Positions 39,777 to 53,764 of a stretch of DNA of 64,000 nucleotides are shown here, piece by piece; the first letter of the stretch is position 1; each line of letters opens with the position of its first letter. Under the pieces are notes generated by a model. It did no database searches. It was given only the letters and a program-made list of their open reading frames with translations, and was not told the DNA's origin. This DNA is from Eledone cirrhosa (lineage: Eukaryota), in assembly GCA_964016885.1 (NCBI GenBank), contig OZ024748.1, positions 16,182,001-16,246,000 of the forward strand, written 5' to 3'. The position numbers and the translations under genes are program-made.

Positions 39777-39797
39777 CTTTCTTCATTTATTTGAGAC
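39777..39797 (-). other. Candidate 21-nt microexon
   Basis: ttatttatttttattttgcag|GTCTCAAATAAATGAAGAAAG|GTAGGT. Both splice sites are strong, the length is a multiple of 3, and one frame is open (SQINEE). Confidence 0.45.
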
Positions 39798-39940
39798 CTG
39801 CAAAATAAAAATAAATAATTTAACATCATTGAAGTAAAACCACTTAGCTAAATCCTATAATAGAGAAATTTATGTGTATTTGTGTGTATGTATGTGTGCT
39901 TCCGTGCATGTTTGTATGTGTGTGTATTTGCATGTGTGTT

Positions 39941-39975
<35 letters not shown>

Positions 39976-40127
39976 ATACAGTGATAAACGGTAACAGCAT
40001 GAATCAACCGATCAAAAGCTATTACATTCTTTCATTTGCTCGTTCCATCTCTTTGAAGTACAAAACCCAAGGTGAATGCTACCTCTTGGCCCAAACAAAT
40101 AATAAAAATAATAATTATAATAATAAT

Positions 40128-40880
40128 AATTGTTTCTACTTTAGGCACAAGGCCAGAAATTTTGGAGGGAGAGGAAAGTGGATTAAATCAACCACAGTGT
40201 TATTGGTACTTTATTTTATCGACCCCATAAGGATGAAATGCAAAGCTAACCTCGGCAGGATTTGAACTCAGAACGTAAAGGGCCATAACTAAATACTGCA
40301 AAGTATTTTGTCCAATGCTCTACCGATTCTGCCAATCCACCACCCTAATAATAATAATTGTTTCTACTTTAGGCACAAGGCCAGCAATTACCCAGTGCAT
40401 TACCGGTACTTTATTTTATCGACCCCATAATGATGAAATGCAAAGCTAACCTCGGCAGGATTTGAACTCAGAACGTAAAGGGCCATAACTAAATACTGCA
40501 AAGTATTTTGTCCAATGCTCTACCGATTCTGCCAATCCACCGCCCTAATAATAATAATAATAATAATAATAATTGTTTCTACTTTAGGCACAAAGCCAGA
40601 AATTTTGGAAAGAGAGGAGAGTCAATTAATTTGACACCGGTTGATTACTGGTACTTTATTTTAACAATGAAAGGCAAAGGTAACTTCGGTTGGATTTGAA
40701 CTCAGAACATAAAGGGCCGTAAGTCTAATAATAATAATAATAACAATGTTTCTACTTTTGGCACAAGGCCAGCAATTATCCAGTACATTACTGGTACTTT
40801 ATTTTATAGACCCCCGTAAGGATGAAAGGCAAAGTTAACCTCGGTGGATTTGAACTCACAACATAAAGGGCCCTAACTCT
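40128..40880 (-). mobile_element. Head-to-tail tetramer of the tRNA-derived SINE
   Basis: Four units separated by (AAT)n. Confidence 0.9.
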
Positions 40881-41117
40881 AATAATAATAATAATAACAA
40901 TACATAATCTAGAGAAAATAGTACTGTTTGTCATGACACACATATTATGTAGAGTGATTTCAATACAATGGGAAATTTAACACAAAACAAAACACTTCAC
41001 ATACTGAAGGCATTCAACACTACATATTGCTTGTGAAGTCATATCACGCAATATAAACCAGACTATAGTTAAAACAACGACAGCAACAACATAATATTAT
41101 AATAAAACTACTACTAA

Positions 41118-41154
<37 letters not shown>

Positions 41155-41279
41155 TGTACCAATAATATTTTCTTTAGTTTAACAGTATTAAGAAGAAGAA
41201 AGTTCATTATATAGAGACATGCTTTGGTATAGAAATAGGCAGAAAAAGAAAATCCAATAGACAGAAAGATTTAAAAGCG

Positions 41280-41652
41280 ATAGAAAGAGAGATAGAGAGG
41301 GTGAAAGAGAGAAAGAGAGGTAGAGGGAGTGAAAGAGAGAAAGAGAGGTAGAGGGGGGAGAGATAGACAAAGGAGAAAGGCAGGAGAGAAAGAGAGAGGA
41401 GGGAGAGAAAGAGAGGGGAGGGAGAGAGGGAAAAAGAGGGATTAAGGAAGGGAGAGAGAGATGGATGAATAGAGTGACTGATGAAGAGAGAAAGGGGGAG
41501 ACAGAGGGTTGAAGAGAGTGATGGATGAAGAAATTGAGAGGGGGGAGGGTGAGAGAGAATGAGAGGGGGAGGGGGAGAGAGAATGAGAGGGGGTGAGAGA
41601 GAATGAGAGGGGGTGAGAGAGAATGAGAGGGGGGAGAGAGAGAGAGAGAGAG
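41280..41652. repeat. (GA)n/G-rich purine tract
   Basis: Simple repeat. Confidence 0.9.
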
Positions 41653-42419
41653 GAAATATGTGCCACACATAATTATCCACTGGGGCTTGCAGCCATCATC
41701 AGCTTACCAGAGCAGACACCACAACATATACTAAATGAGAGCCTGGATCTCCACCCACCTGAGAGTGTGGCCCTCACACACTCTAATAGGCTAGCTGCAG
41801 CACCTGGGGGTGATGTCACGTGATTGCTGTCTCATATGAAAGAAGAAGTTGATAATTTCTAGCAGCATTTTAGGCCTGTCTTTTTGTCCGTTTATACAAT
41901 TATATATACTTGTATTCTTTAATGCATGTGTGCATTGATATTGTTATTTAATTTTGAGCTCACCATACTGGATGGTTGAAGAATAAAATCTCCCTTAACA
42001 AGTATATTTTTTCTTATACTAAAACAGTAAATTCCCTCTGAAGAAGAATCGGATTCTGGTGATGATGACCATATTGAGTTAATGATTGGTTTGACATATT
42101 CTCTGATTCAAAAACTGCACAAACAGTCAAAGAATTTGATCTGTTAATGATGACCATCTCAAGCTATTGGAGTAGTCTGATTCATTTTTCAATTCATAGA
42201 CTGTTTTTGTGGTCAGGGATTTTGGTCAGGCTCTTTCTGTTTAAGTTGCTTGACATTTCAAATATCCTTAGGGAACGATATTTTGTCAACCCTGTAAGGA
42301 TGAAAATCAAAGTTACCCATGGCAGGATTTGAAATCTTTAAAGCGACGTAACTATATGCCCCAATGCTCTACTGAATCTGCTAATCCATCACCCTCTGCA
42401 CACTGTGGTATGAACATAA

Positions 42420-42535
42420 GCCAGAATCGGTGATGGAAAAGGGCCGAGTGAAGGTGTTATGGGATTTCAGAATACAAACTGATAAAGAATTAAAACACAA
42501 TAGGCCTGACTTGGTGCTTTTCAACAACAAAAAAT
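42420..42535 (+). mobile_element. RLE non-LTR (R4-like) fragment
   Basis: KVLWDFRIQTDKELKHNRPDLVLF. Confidence 0.75.
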
Positions 42536-42661
42536 AGATTGTAATGTATTGTGTATTTGTCTGTAATGCACTAAAGATGACTGAGAAATGAGGGGGTGAT
42601 TACCTCGACTGAGGAAAGAAGGGGTGATTATGTCAGCTAAGAAGGAAGGAGCGGGGTGAGA

Positions 42662-42847
42662 AACTATAAAAGTCCAGTGTTCTAAGATTCATCATAGCTG
42701 TGTGTTTGTATGTTTGTATCACTTGTGTGAGTGAGTGTGAAGGAACCGACCAACGAACCAGCCAACAAATAAACAAACATCTCTTTTTTTATATTATGTA
42801 CAGATATTACAATTAGCCATCATTTTTGACGGCCTGGGGCTAGCTAG
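42662..42847 (+). mobile_element. Short Helitron-like element
   Basis: Subterminal hairpin gccatca-tttt-tgacggc followed by gCTAG-t. Confidence 0.55.
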
Positions 42848-42927
42848 TTATTATGATAATAGAAACAAATGGAACAGCAAATATACTTTACTTTAGTATG
42901 TTTTTAAAGAAGTTTGCATTTCCTCAG

Positions 42928-42952
42928 AAAAATTAAACATCATAAGAGAAAG
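42928..42952 (+). other. Candidate 25-nt microexon
   Basis: tttgcatttcctcag|AAAAATTAAACATCATAAGAGAAAG|GTAAGT. Confidence 0.3.
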
Positions 42953-43205
42953 GTAAGTACAGGATGAAGATACATGTTATATATGTGTATAGTGTTTGGA
43001 CTGGAATATCACTGCTTCGTTTAGATCTCTATGTCAAATGTTGGTGCTATTGGCTGCCAAAGTGTGTAAAAACTAATTGAACATAATGGCTCATATATTT
43101 TTTATATGGTTAAAATAGCATTACGAAGACACAATAACATATATAATGTGAATGTGTGTGTGTGTATATATGTATATATATATATATGTATACACACACA
43201 CATAT

Positions 43206-43236
<31 letters not shown>

Positions 43237-44166
43237 CACACGCATACATATATCCCCACCACACACACATGTGTGTATATATATAATATATATATATATA
43301 GATAGATAGATAGATATACATGTACTAGCGTGGAAGATAGACGTTAATTGAGGATGATGATGATATAAGTGTATGTATACATATAAAAGCAAGTACATTA
43401 CTCCAGATGAACACAATACACATACACACGCGAGAGGGAGAGAGAGAGAAAGAAAGCAGGATATAGACTGAGAGAGAGAGAGAGAGCAGGATATAGACTG
43501 AGAGAGAGAGAGAGAAATAGAGAAAGGAAACAGGAGAGAGAGAAAGGAAACAGGAGAGAGAGAAAGAAAACAGGTGAGAGAGATAGAGAGAGATAGAGAA
43601 TGAGTGAAAGAGAGAGAGAGAGAGAGAGACCTTTTGAAGCATCTTATATTTTAGTTATTTGTCTTATTCTCTTCTGTTGCTGTTAGAGTTTATCTCTTAT
43701 TTCCCCTTGTTCTACACATGCCTATCAAATACTTTATTCCATTCACACCTTTGTACAGTGTTTTAGTGTTTTACTGTGTTTATTCTCTCTACAAAGATAC
43801 ATCTACCCTTTAAATGCTCTACTGTAGACTGCAGGCCATTATAACGCTGCTTAAAAGCAGCTAGTTGCTAAGAAGGTTTTTTTTCTTCTCTTTTTTAACC
43901 TTACAAGAGCCATAAAGTATTGCAGCAATATGAGGAATCAATATAACAACTATTTTACATTAAAGTGCATTACAAAGGTGGATTTGTTGAAAAAACTTGT
44001 ATACATAAAACAATAATGAAAAAAACATCCATCCTCCAAAACAACAACAACAAAATGCTTTAGCATAGACATAGGTAGGTGCAGGTATGGCTCTGTGGTT
44101 GAAGAGTTTCTTGCATAACAATGTGGTTTTAAGTTCAGTGATTGGAAGAAGCAGACTGGATTTTAA

Positions 44167-44374
44167 CCCTTTAGCATTTAAACTGGCCATATCTGGCCAG
44201 AATTCTCTCACCTCTTTCTGTCCAAACCGGCTGTAACCAACCACTCATACTGATGTTGAGATATAGTTCTCAAAATAAATATTATCAACATCTCATAGAT
44301 TCAATATTATGTGGGGTAAAGCCTTTACCACCAAAATATAATGGTATATATAGAGTAATGTAAATGCTAAAGGG
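44167..44374. mobile_element. TTAA-MITE copy 3
   Basis: TTAA-CCCTTTAGCATTTA...TAAATGCTAAAGGG-TTAA. Confidence 0.88.
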
Positions 44375-44394
44375 TTAAAACTGTCCCAAGAATC

Positions 44395-44945
44395 AGGTGA
44401 CACTGATTAATTGACTGCTGAGAGCCAGAGTTATGTTTTACTGCTCAGTTAAGGTGACACTGACACTGAAGGGGAAAGTCAATTAAATCAATCCCAGTGT
44501 GTTACTGGTATTTTATTAAGGATGAAAGACAAAGCTAACCTCAGTAAGATTTGAATGCAGAATGTAAAGGGACGTAACTATATTCCACAAAGAATAATGT
44601 CGGATGACTAAAAGATTTCTTGGTGCCAGGTGTGTGTTTTCATTTCTCAGTTAAGGTGACACTGACACACAAATTGCTGAGGGCCAGAGGTGGTTTCCAT
44701 TGTTCAAGTAAAGTAACACTGACGAACAAACTGCTGAGGGCAAGATGTGTGTTTTCATAGATCAGCTAAAGTGACTCTGACCAACAGACTGCTGGCTGTT
44801 GAGGGCTAGAGCTGAGTTTTCCCAGCTTAACTATGGTGACACTTACTGACAAATTGCTGAGAGTCAGAGGTGTGTTTTCCCAGCTCAGCTAAGGGCCAGA
44901 GATAGAGAATGAGGGCCAGAGGTAAGATTTCACTACTGAGCTACA
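44395..44945. repeat. Degenerate minisatellite of about 58-60 bp (ggtgacactgac..actgctgagggccagag..ctcagttaa), interrupted by a SINE at about 44470-44610
   Basis: About 7 diverged units. Confidence 0.75.
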
Positions 44946-45184
44946 GTGTGATCCACTTTTATTTCAGTCTTTGTGCAGCAGCGATGACTTTAGTTTTTGT
45001 GACATTTTTTCAGTTTTTCTTCTTTACCCAGTCCAGAGACCTACTGGACATGGCCCAAATGCACCAATTACCAGTTTGCCTCTGTCATGGGCAAATGTCA
45101 TCTAACAGCCTCAAGCTGACCAATATCTTGGGAGTGGGGAATTGGTAAATGGCAACTTCAGAATTCCATCGTATGTATATATGA

Positions 45185-45349
45185 AAAATTCAGGACCTTT
45201 CAACAACTAGATTTGGAGTATGGTTCTAGCTGTTGAAACAGCAGGCACTCAGCCGCCGGGATCCCAAATTTTTCCTATTACCCATTCTACTACCCCAAGT
45301 ATCAAGTACTCTGGTGAGTAATGGTCTAACTGTTTTTTAAGGCTTCTAT

Positions 45350-45353
<4 letters not shown>
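45185..45353 (+). mobile_element. Diverged Penelope-like pLTR end (relative of 54153-54355)
   Basis: Shares cccattctactac..aagtat..agtactctggtg with 54280-54315, and ends at (TA)n. Confidence 0.5.
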
Positions 45354-45408
<55 letters not shown>

Positions 45409-45890
45409 CATAAAAATAGGAATAAGAATAAGAAGAAAGCAAGAATGGGGGGGGGGGGGTTCTCATCAGTTGTCTACTGGGGGTCTCAGATATTTCAACG
45501 CTTTAAGAGCGTTCAATAACTAGGTAAGTTATTTGGAAAATGGAGGAGGGAGGAAAGGAAATTAGAAGGGAAAAGGGGAAAAAAGGGAAGAAAAGAGAAA
45601 AACAGCGAAAAAAACAACAAACCGAAGAATGTGTGAGCAGCTTGAAGAAAGAAAATCGAAGTTCACATCGGTAGCTGAACATAAGTTCAAGAGCGTGTGG
45701 ACAAACGAAAAGACGCGTCTGATCCCAGCGAGTGTAAGTGAGAAAAGAACTGCTAGAGGGTAAGGCAAGGGAAACAGTGAGATGGCTGACAGAGAGGGGG
45801 TGAGTGGAAGTGAGAGGGAGAAAATATATATACCTTCTTAATCATCTTTTTACATCTGTTTCTGCAGGTTACACACACACACAAATATAA

Positions 45891-45926
<36 letters not shown>

Positions 45927-46014
45927 GTGTTTATCCCCAGGACAACTACGATACAATACAGCAATATATTTAGGATTACATTATTGAATGATTCTTTTCA
46001 TTTTTCCCAAATTT

Positions 46015-46558
46015 GTAGGGTGTGATTTGAAGAATATTTCACTGTTATTTCTTGCATGTTATACAACCATATAGCAGCTAGCTCCATTTCCTACATATAT
46101 CTACTCATATATCTCATTAAGTATTGTCTCTAATTGTAAAGGGTATCTTTTATTTCTCTTCATGCTTTCTTTTTTTTTCCCTATAAACATAAAGGAAAGA
46201 AAAGAAACAGCTAATGGAGTTCTGAAAAAAAAATTGTTTGTCATAAATATTATTTTTATTATTATTATTAATATTGATATGGCTTTCACTAGGCAATAAA
46301 TGCATAACCTATTCCGTAAACGTGAAAAACTTGTAGGAAAACATTAAAAAACATTGGTTAAAGATGAGTCGTTAAAAGAGCATGTCTAAAAGATGAACCG
46401 TTTCTTATTTACACATATATAAATTTAATGTACATAAAATATATACACCCAATAATTTCACATTAATGTGGATTTATCTCTTTACAGTTAGTGTTCCCTC
46501 ACGTTTCTAGCCTGGTATATATAAATATGTATGTATGTATAATATACACACACAAATG

Positions 46559-46598
<40 letters not shown>

Positions 46599-47084
46599 CA
46601 TATATATAGCTAGATATATAGTTACCATAAGACATATATATATATATATATATATGTATGTATATATATATGTATATATATATATTAGTAAAAAGGAAAA
46701 GAAAATGCTGACAAATTTTTCCCAATTAAAAATAGTTTAATTAGGAATAAGTATAAATTAGTAATAACTATTAGTTAGTATTCAGTTTTAGTTTTAAGTT
46801 TTTAACGGTTGCGCATTTCTTATGCTTTTCAAAAATAATTTTCAGATAGAGTGCTCGTGATTTTTGCTATATAAATACATAAATATATATATATATATAT
46901 ATACACACACATATACATATATTTACAAATACATACACACACACATATATATATATTATATATATATATATTATATATATATTGTGTGTGTATGTGGTTC
47001 TTTTTATAAACCATAACTGGCCCAAACACCCTCCCACATAAAATTTCTTCTATGACACCGATATATCTATATATATGCTGTGTG

Positions 47085-47120
<36 letters not shown>

Positions 47121-47628
47121 GTGTATAATATTTGAACAACTAATATTGTGCACCAGCCTGGAAAAATATCCCTAGAAATTTTCTTCACGAGATCACTCAG
47201 TGTAAAGATATAAATCAACATTAATGAGGGATTGTGGGATATCTTTTTTATATACATTAAACTTATGTGTAAATACCAAACCACTCATTGCTTAGACATG
47301 CTCTTTTAAAGATTTATCTTTAACCAATGTTTTTTTAAAACGTTTTCCTAGAAGTATTTCATGTTTATAGAGTGGTTATATTTTCAATTCATGATGAAAA
47401 CCAAACAAATATATTCATGACAACAAATTTTTATTTTTATTCAGAATTCCATTAACACATTTTTTTAAAATAAAATTCACACAACAAAATAAATAATGGA
47501 AAGTGTATATAAAACATACTCCACACATTTATGTAAGTAACATATAAGGAGCAAATAGAGGGAACTGCTGTATGATTGTATAACCTGTAAGAAATAGTGC
47601 ATTAATTTCCCCTCATATCACATCCTTT
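46015..47628. repeat. Diverged long inverted repeat (arms about 46015-46390 and 47292-47628)
   Basis: For example, aacattggttaaagatgagtcgttaaaagagcatgtctaa versus ttagacatgctcttttaaagatttatctttaaccaatgtt. The outer blocks are also complementary. Confidence 0.7.
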
Positions 47629-49342
47629 TATGTTAGGGACAGAAAAAGAAACCAGTGCAGGGTCAAGCTCTCATATTGTGTTGGGCTCTTGCAAGGTCAT
47701 GAGGACTTTTATGCTGAATGTGACCTCAACCAACCATACATCTTCTAAATAAACTTACATTAGCACTGACAATCTAACCATAGCATCATCATCATTCTGT
47801 TAGAATAAAAAATATATGTTAGTGCAAATATACCTGTGTTATTGTAAATATATGTGTATTAGTGTAAATATATTTCTGTTTGTGTAAGTATATATGTTAG
47901 TGTATGTATGTAAGTGTTAATGTAAAAAGCACATATGTTAGTGAAAATAAAGGTGGTGAATTGGCAGAGTTATTAGAACATTGAATTGAATGCTTTATGG
48001 CTCTCTGAGTTCAAATCCCATCGAGGTGAACTTTGCTTGTCATTATTTCGAGGTCGATAAAAAAAGTATCAGTCTAGTACTGAGGTCGATTCTTCCTCTA
48101 TATCTCTTTCTCATTCCCCTCTCTCTCATTTTATATCTTTCTATGGAAGAAATCTGCAGTACTCAGGCCTGGATAGGAATGGGCTTCACCAGTCTTAAAA
48201 AATGTTCAAAAAATGCTGTATGCCACTACAGCACCCCTACGACTATATCAGCAGTTACAATATAGTATTTACAAAACAGCAGTTACAATAGTGTAAATAT
48301 AGGTATTAGTGTTAATATATATGTGAGTTAGTGTATATATATATATGTGAGCTAGTGCATATATATATGTGTGTGTGTGCTAACATATATGCATGTATGT
48401 TAGTGTAAAAATATATCTTTTAGTGTAAACATATTTCTGTTAGTGTAAGTGCAAACATGTATGCGTTAGTGTAAATATATGGATGTTAGTGTGTGAATTG
48501 TTTGCATTTTCAGAATATTTGGATGAGTATTCATATGTAAATTTATTTATAACAGAAAAAATATTTTCCTAAATAATCTCTGGAAAGATTTGAGATAAAT
48601 TTAGCTGTTACTTCTAACAAGTCGAGCAAACACAAATAGGCTCCTACATTGACTTGCTGTTAATTAGTTATATTTAAAAGGTCAATTAAACATTTTAGTC
48701 AGATTTTAAATAGAGGAATTATCTGTGATAATTTAAATTTCACAAATTATTAACCTCGAATTTTCCATGTTTATATTTTATTATTTTTACAGACATTAAT
48801 GTATAAAATAAATTATATCTGCAAAAAAAAAAAATAGTAAATACATAATAAAAAAAAAATAAAGTAACTGTAGATGAGTGGAAATTAGAATAATTAAAAC
48901 ATTATATTGCAAAATAAAAAAAAAACCCACAAATAGAACACTTTTAGAACAAAACAGCTAGCTAGAAGCTAAAAAAGTACAGAAAAAATATAATAAAATT
49001 GTTTCATTATTGCAACAAATCATCTGAGAAATTAGGACATGTATTGTATGATTGACTTTATTGTAGAAATAAATTGTGAAAAAAAAACAAAAAAAAAACA
49101 GATTGATAGTAGAAGAGCAGACTAGCATAATAATAATATAATGTTAATAATAATACTAACAGAAGAGAAGGTTGTAGAAATACATGAAGAGAAAAAATAA
49201 CAGAATTTTGTGATGTATTTTCATGTTGTATGACAATGGAGGATCATAATGTGTCTATTGGATGTGGTAGATCTAACAACAATATGGTAATAATTATACC
49301 CTATAGCACGCAGTTAGTATGTTTCATTTTGCCTCCACATGC

Positions 49343-50500
<1,158 letters not shown>

Positions 50501-50519
50501 GTGTGTGTTTGTGCATAGA

Positions 50520-50900
50520 ATAATAAAAATACAGAAATCAGGTGTATGTAGGGAGATAGTTCATTGTTTTACAATCGTTTCAGAGTGTCAATTGATTGAT
50601 GAAGATCAATGTTTCAACTAGTATGATAGTGGTTAAGTTCAATTGGCCATCTTCCTCGTCATGAAAAATAGTAACCATTTATACTATCCAATCCAACCCT
50701 GAGCCTTCTCACTCTTATTGGAGAAACCCCAACCTGGTTGACCTTCATTGTTTTCTCTTTGGTTTTGTTCATGTCAGATGTATAATTGTATTTGCCAATC
50801 GTGAGTTGGGGTGTATGGTCATTGATTCTGAAGAGTTCATTCACCCTTTTACCAGCTTTTGTTTTTTGTGCTCCTGGGGTTCCACTTACCCTCCTCAACA
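50520..50900 (-). mobile_element. Penelope-like element 3' end: possible GIY-YIG C-terminal remnant plus long-stem-II hammerhead (50563-50670)
   Basis: KRVNELFRINDHTPQLTIG resembles R-x-x-E-x-x-x-I-x-x-x-x-P-x-LN. Downstream reads AUGACGA [..CAAUUGA...UCAAUUG..] GAAA CGAUUG UA. Confidence 0.5.
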
Positions 50901-50902
50901 GA

Positions 50903-52501
50903 CCAATGTCTGGTGGGGATCCAGTTTAGTCATTGACTAATCAACCATAATGTAAGATGTACTGGGCTACATGGTACTAGTAGCAGACAGAAGCCTGACC
51001 TGACCATACCAGTGTCTGGTAGTGGAGCCAGTTGAATCACTGACTAATCAACCATGAAGTAAGATGTACTGGGCTACATGGTAGAAGTAGCAGACAGAAG
51101 TCTGACCTGACCATACCAGTGTCTGGTAGTGGAGCCAGTTTAGTCACTGACTAATCAACCATGAAGTAAGACGTACTGGGCTACATGGTAGAAGTAGCAG
51201 ACAGAAGTCTGACCTGACCATACCAGTGTCTGGTAGTGGAGCCAGTTGAATCACTGACTAATCAACCATGAAGTAAGATGTACTGGGCTACATGGTAGAA
51301 GTAGCAGACAGAAGTCTGACCTGACCATACCAGTGTCTGGTAGTGGAGCCAGTTTAGTCACTGACTAATCAACCATGAAGTAAGACGTACTGGGCTACAT
51401 GGTAGAAGTAGCAGACAGAAGTCTGACCTGACCATACCAGTGTCTGGTAGTGGAGCCAGTTTAGTCACTGACTAATCAACCATGAAGTAAGACGTACTGG
51501 GTTACATGGTAGAAGTAGCAGACAGAAGCCTGACCTGACCATACCAGTGTCTGGTAGTGGAGCCAGTTGAATCACTGACTAATCAACCATGAAGTAAGAC
51601 GTACTGGGTTACATGGTAGAAGTAGCAGACAGAAGCCTGACCTGACCATACCAGTGTCTGGTAGTGGAGCCAGTTGAATCACTGACTAATCAACCATGAA
51701 GTAAGACGTACTGGGTTACATGGTAGAAGTAGCAGACAGAAGCCTGACCTGACCATACCAGTGTCTGGTAGTGGAGCCAGTTGAATCACTGACTAATCAA
51801 CCATGAAGTAAGACGTACTGGGTTACATGGTAGAAGTAGCAGACAGAAGCCTGACCTGACCATACCAGTGTCTGGTAGTGGAGCCAGTTGAATCACTGAC
51901 TAATCAACCATGAAGTAAGACGTACTGGGTTACATGGTAGAAGTAGCAGACAGAAGCCTGACCTGACCATACCAGTGTCTGGTAGTGGAGCCAGTTGAAT
52001 CACTGACTAATCAACCATGAAGTAAGACGTACTGGGTTACATGGTAGAAGTAGCAGACAGAAGCCTGACCTGACCATACCAGTGTCTGGTAGTGGAGCCA
52101 GTTGAATCACTGACTAATCAACCATGAAGTAAGACGTACTGGGTTACATGGTAGAAGTAGCAGACAGAAGCCTGACCTGACCATACCAGTGTCTGGTAGT
52201 GGAACCAGTTTAGTCACTGACTAATCAACCATGAAGTAAGACGTACTGGGTTACATGGTAGAAGTAGCAGACAGAAGCCTGACCTGACCATACCAGTGTC
52301 TGGTAGGGGAACCAGTTTAGTCACTGACTAATCAACCATGAAGTAAGACGTACTGGGTTACATGGTAGAAGTAGCAGACAGAAGCCTGACCTGACCATAC
52401 TGGTGTCTGGTAGGGGAACCAGTTTAGTCATTGACTAATCATGAAGTAAGATGTACTGGGTTACAGGGTACCAGTAGCAGACAGAAGCCTGACCTGACCA
52501 T
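50903..52501. repeat. 107-bp tandem satellite, about 15 highly similar copies
   Basis: Unit ccagtgtctggtagtggagccagttgaatcactgactaatcaaccatgaagtaagacgtactgggttacatggtagaagtagcagacagaagcctgacctgaccata. The period of 107 is measured from 51007 to 51114. Confidence 0.97.
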
Positions 52502-52554
52502 AATATTTATACTATATATTATATTATATTGACATAAACCTGATATTGAGGACA

Positions 52555-52599
52555 CTTGCCGCCTGATGGAGTTTTTCCTCTTAAAACCAGTACAGTGAG
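52555..52599 (+). ncRNA. Decayed hammerhead-like motif in a pLTR-like segment (about 52530-52790)
   Basis: CUUGCCG c CUGAUGG AGUUUUUCCUCUU AAAA CCAG UA CAGUGAG. Stem I pairs imperfectly and core positions are mutated. Confidence 0.45.
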
Positions 52600-52832
52600 T
52601 TGGCCTTTGTTATGTTATCATTGTTTTTTGAAATGTTTAAATTCATTTTAGATTTATTTCCTGGTTGTGAGTTTTATTGATTAGATAGGAAATGATTTTG
52701 CTTGTGGTGGACATTGTTCTATTGTGTTGAGAGTTGCGTTTTGTGGCAGAGTAGCTGTTTTAATAGAGTGGGTCTTTGTTGATTCAGGTTATATATGTGT
52801 ATGTATATATATATATACATATATATACGCAA

Positions 52833-52871
<39 letters not shown>

Positions 52872-53396
52872 ACAGTAATGAATTAGTTTTGCGAGGGTTT
52901 TGATATAAAATCGTGTGTCGAAACAAATATTGTTATACTTGGGGAGGGTCATATTTGTGTAATAATATTGCCAGAATTAATAACAGAACACACTCACTGT
53001 TTGGTTGGTTTTCGCGTCTGTCTTTTGTATCGGTTAATTTAATTTATTCGGTCCTCAATGTTACCATTGACTGACCAACGGTAAAAAATACAGATATAAT
53101 ATAGACTCAAACATATATATATAGTCTAACAAAGTTCTTTCGTTGCACATCTGCAACATCGTAAGTCGTGCTATTATTTTTCCTCCTGTTGTATTGTATG
53201 CCTATGCCATCTTTATTTAGTCTGTTTATTTATTTATTTTGTTTCTCTGCGCATGTGTTTGCGTGTGTGTATAGTGTTTGATGTGTGTTCATGTTTGGGT
53301 GACTGTGTATTGGTTATTGTATTCCATCTTAGTTTACTAGTGTGTGTTTACATGTGTTTGTTGTTATTGTGCTTGTGTATGGATTTATTTATTTAT

Positions 53397-53604
53397 TTAT
53401 ACTTCTCTTTGGTTAGTATTGTTTGTTTGGGTGGTGTTGTTGTTATTCCATTCATTTTTTCTGTTTAGCCTTGGCCTTCTAAGTTCTATTTCGCTGTCCT
53501 CTCTGATTTGCCTATCTGCTGGGTCATTTCTATGTTTAGATATTATTCTAATTTCTATGTTGTCTATGTTACCGTCGTGTTGTTGTCTGTCATGTTCGTA
53601 TAGT
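53397..53604 (-). pseudogene. GIY-YIG endonuclease C-terminal fragment (Penelope/Neptune-like)
   Basis: Motif H-x4-H...R-Q-I-x-E-x-x-x-I-x4-P-x-L-N-x-K-x-E. Confidence 0.75.
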
Positions 53605-53721
53605 ACACACATCAAACACTATACACACACGCAAACGCAGAGAAGACAAAATAAATAAATAAATAAACAGACTAAATAAAGATGGCGTAGGCATACAATA
53701 CAACAGGAGGAAACATAATAG

Positions 53722-53764
53722 CACCACTGACGATGTTGCAGATGTGCAACGAAAGAACTTTGTT
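53722..53764 (+). ncRNA. Hammerhead motif in the inverted pLTR (mirror copy at 53128-53170 with core CUUACGA)
   Basis: CUGACGA (53727-53733) U-GUUGCA-GAUG-UGCAAC GAAA GAAC UU. Stem I is weak. Confidence 0.65.

Noticed and set aside
50903-52501. CRISPR-like array or coding repeat
   Set aside because: There are no unique spacers and no cas genes, the context is eukaryotic, and the unit length breaks the reading frame.
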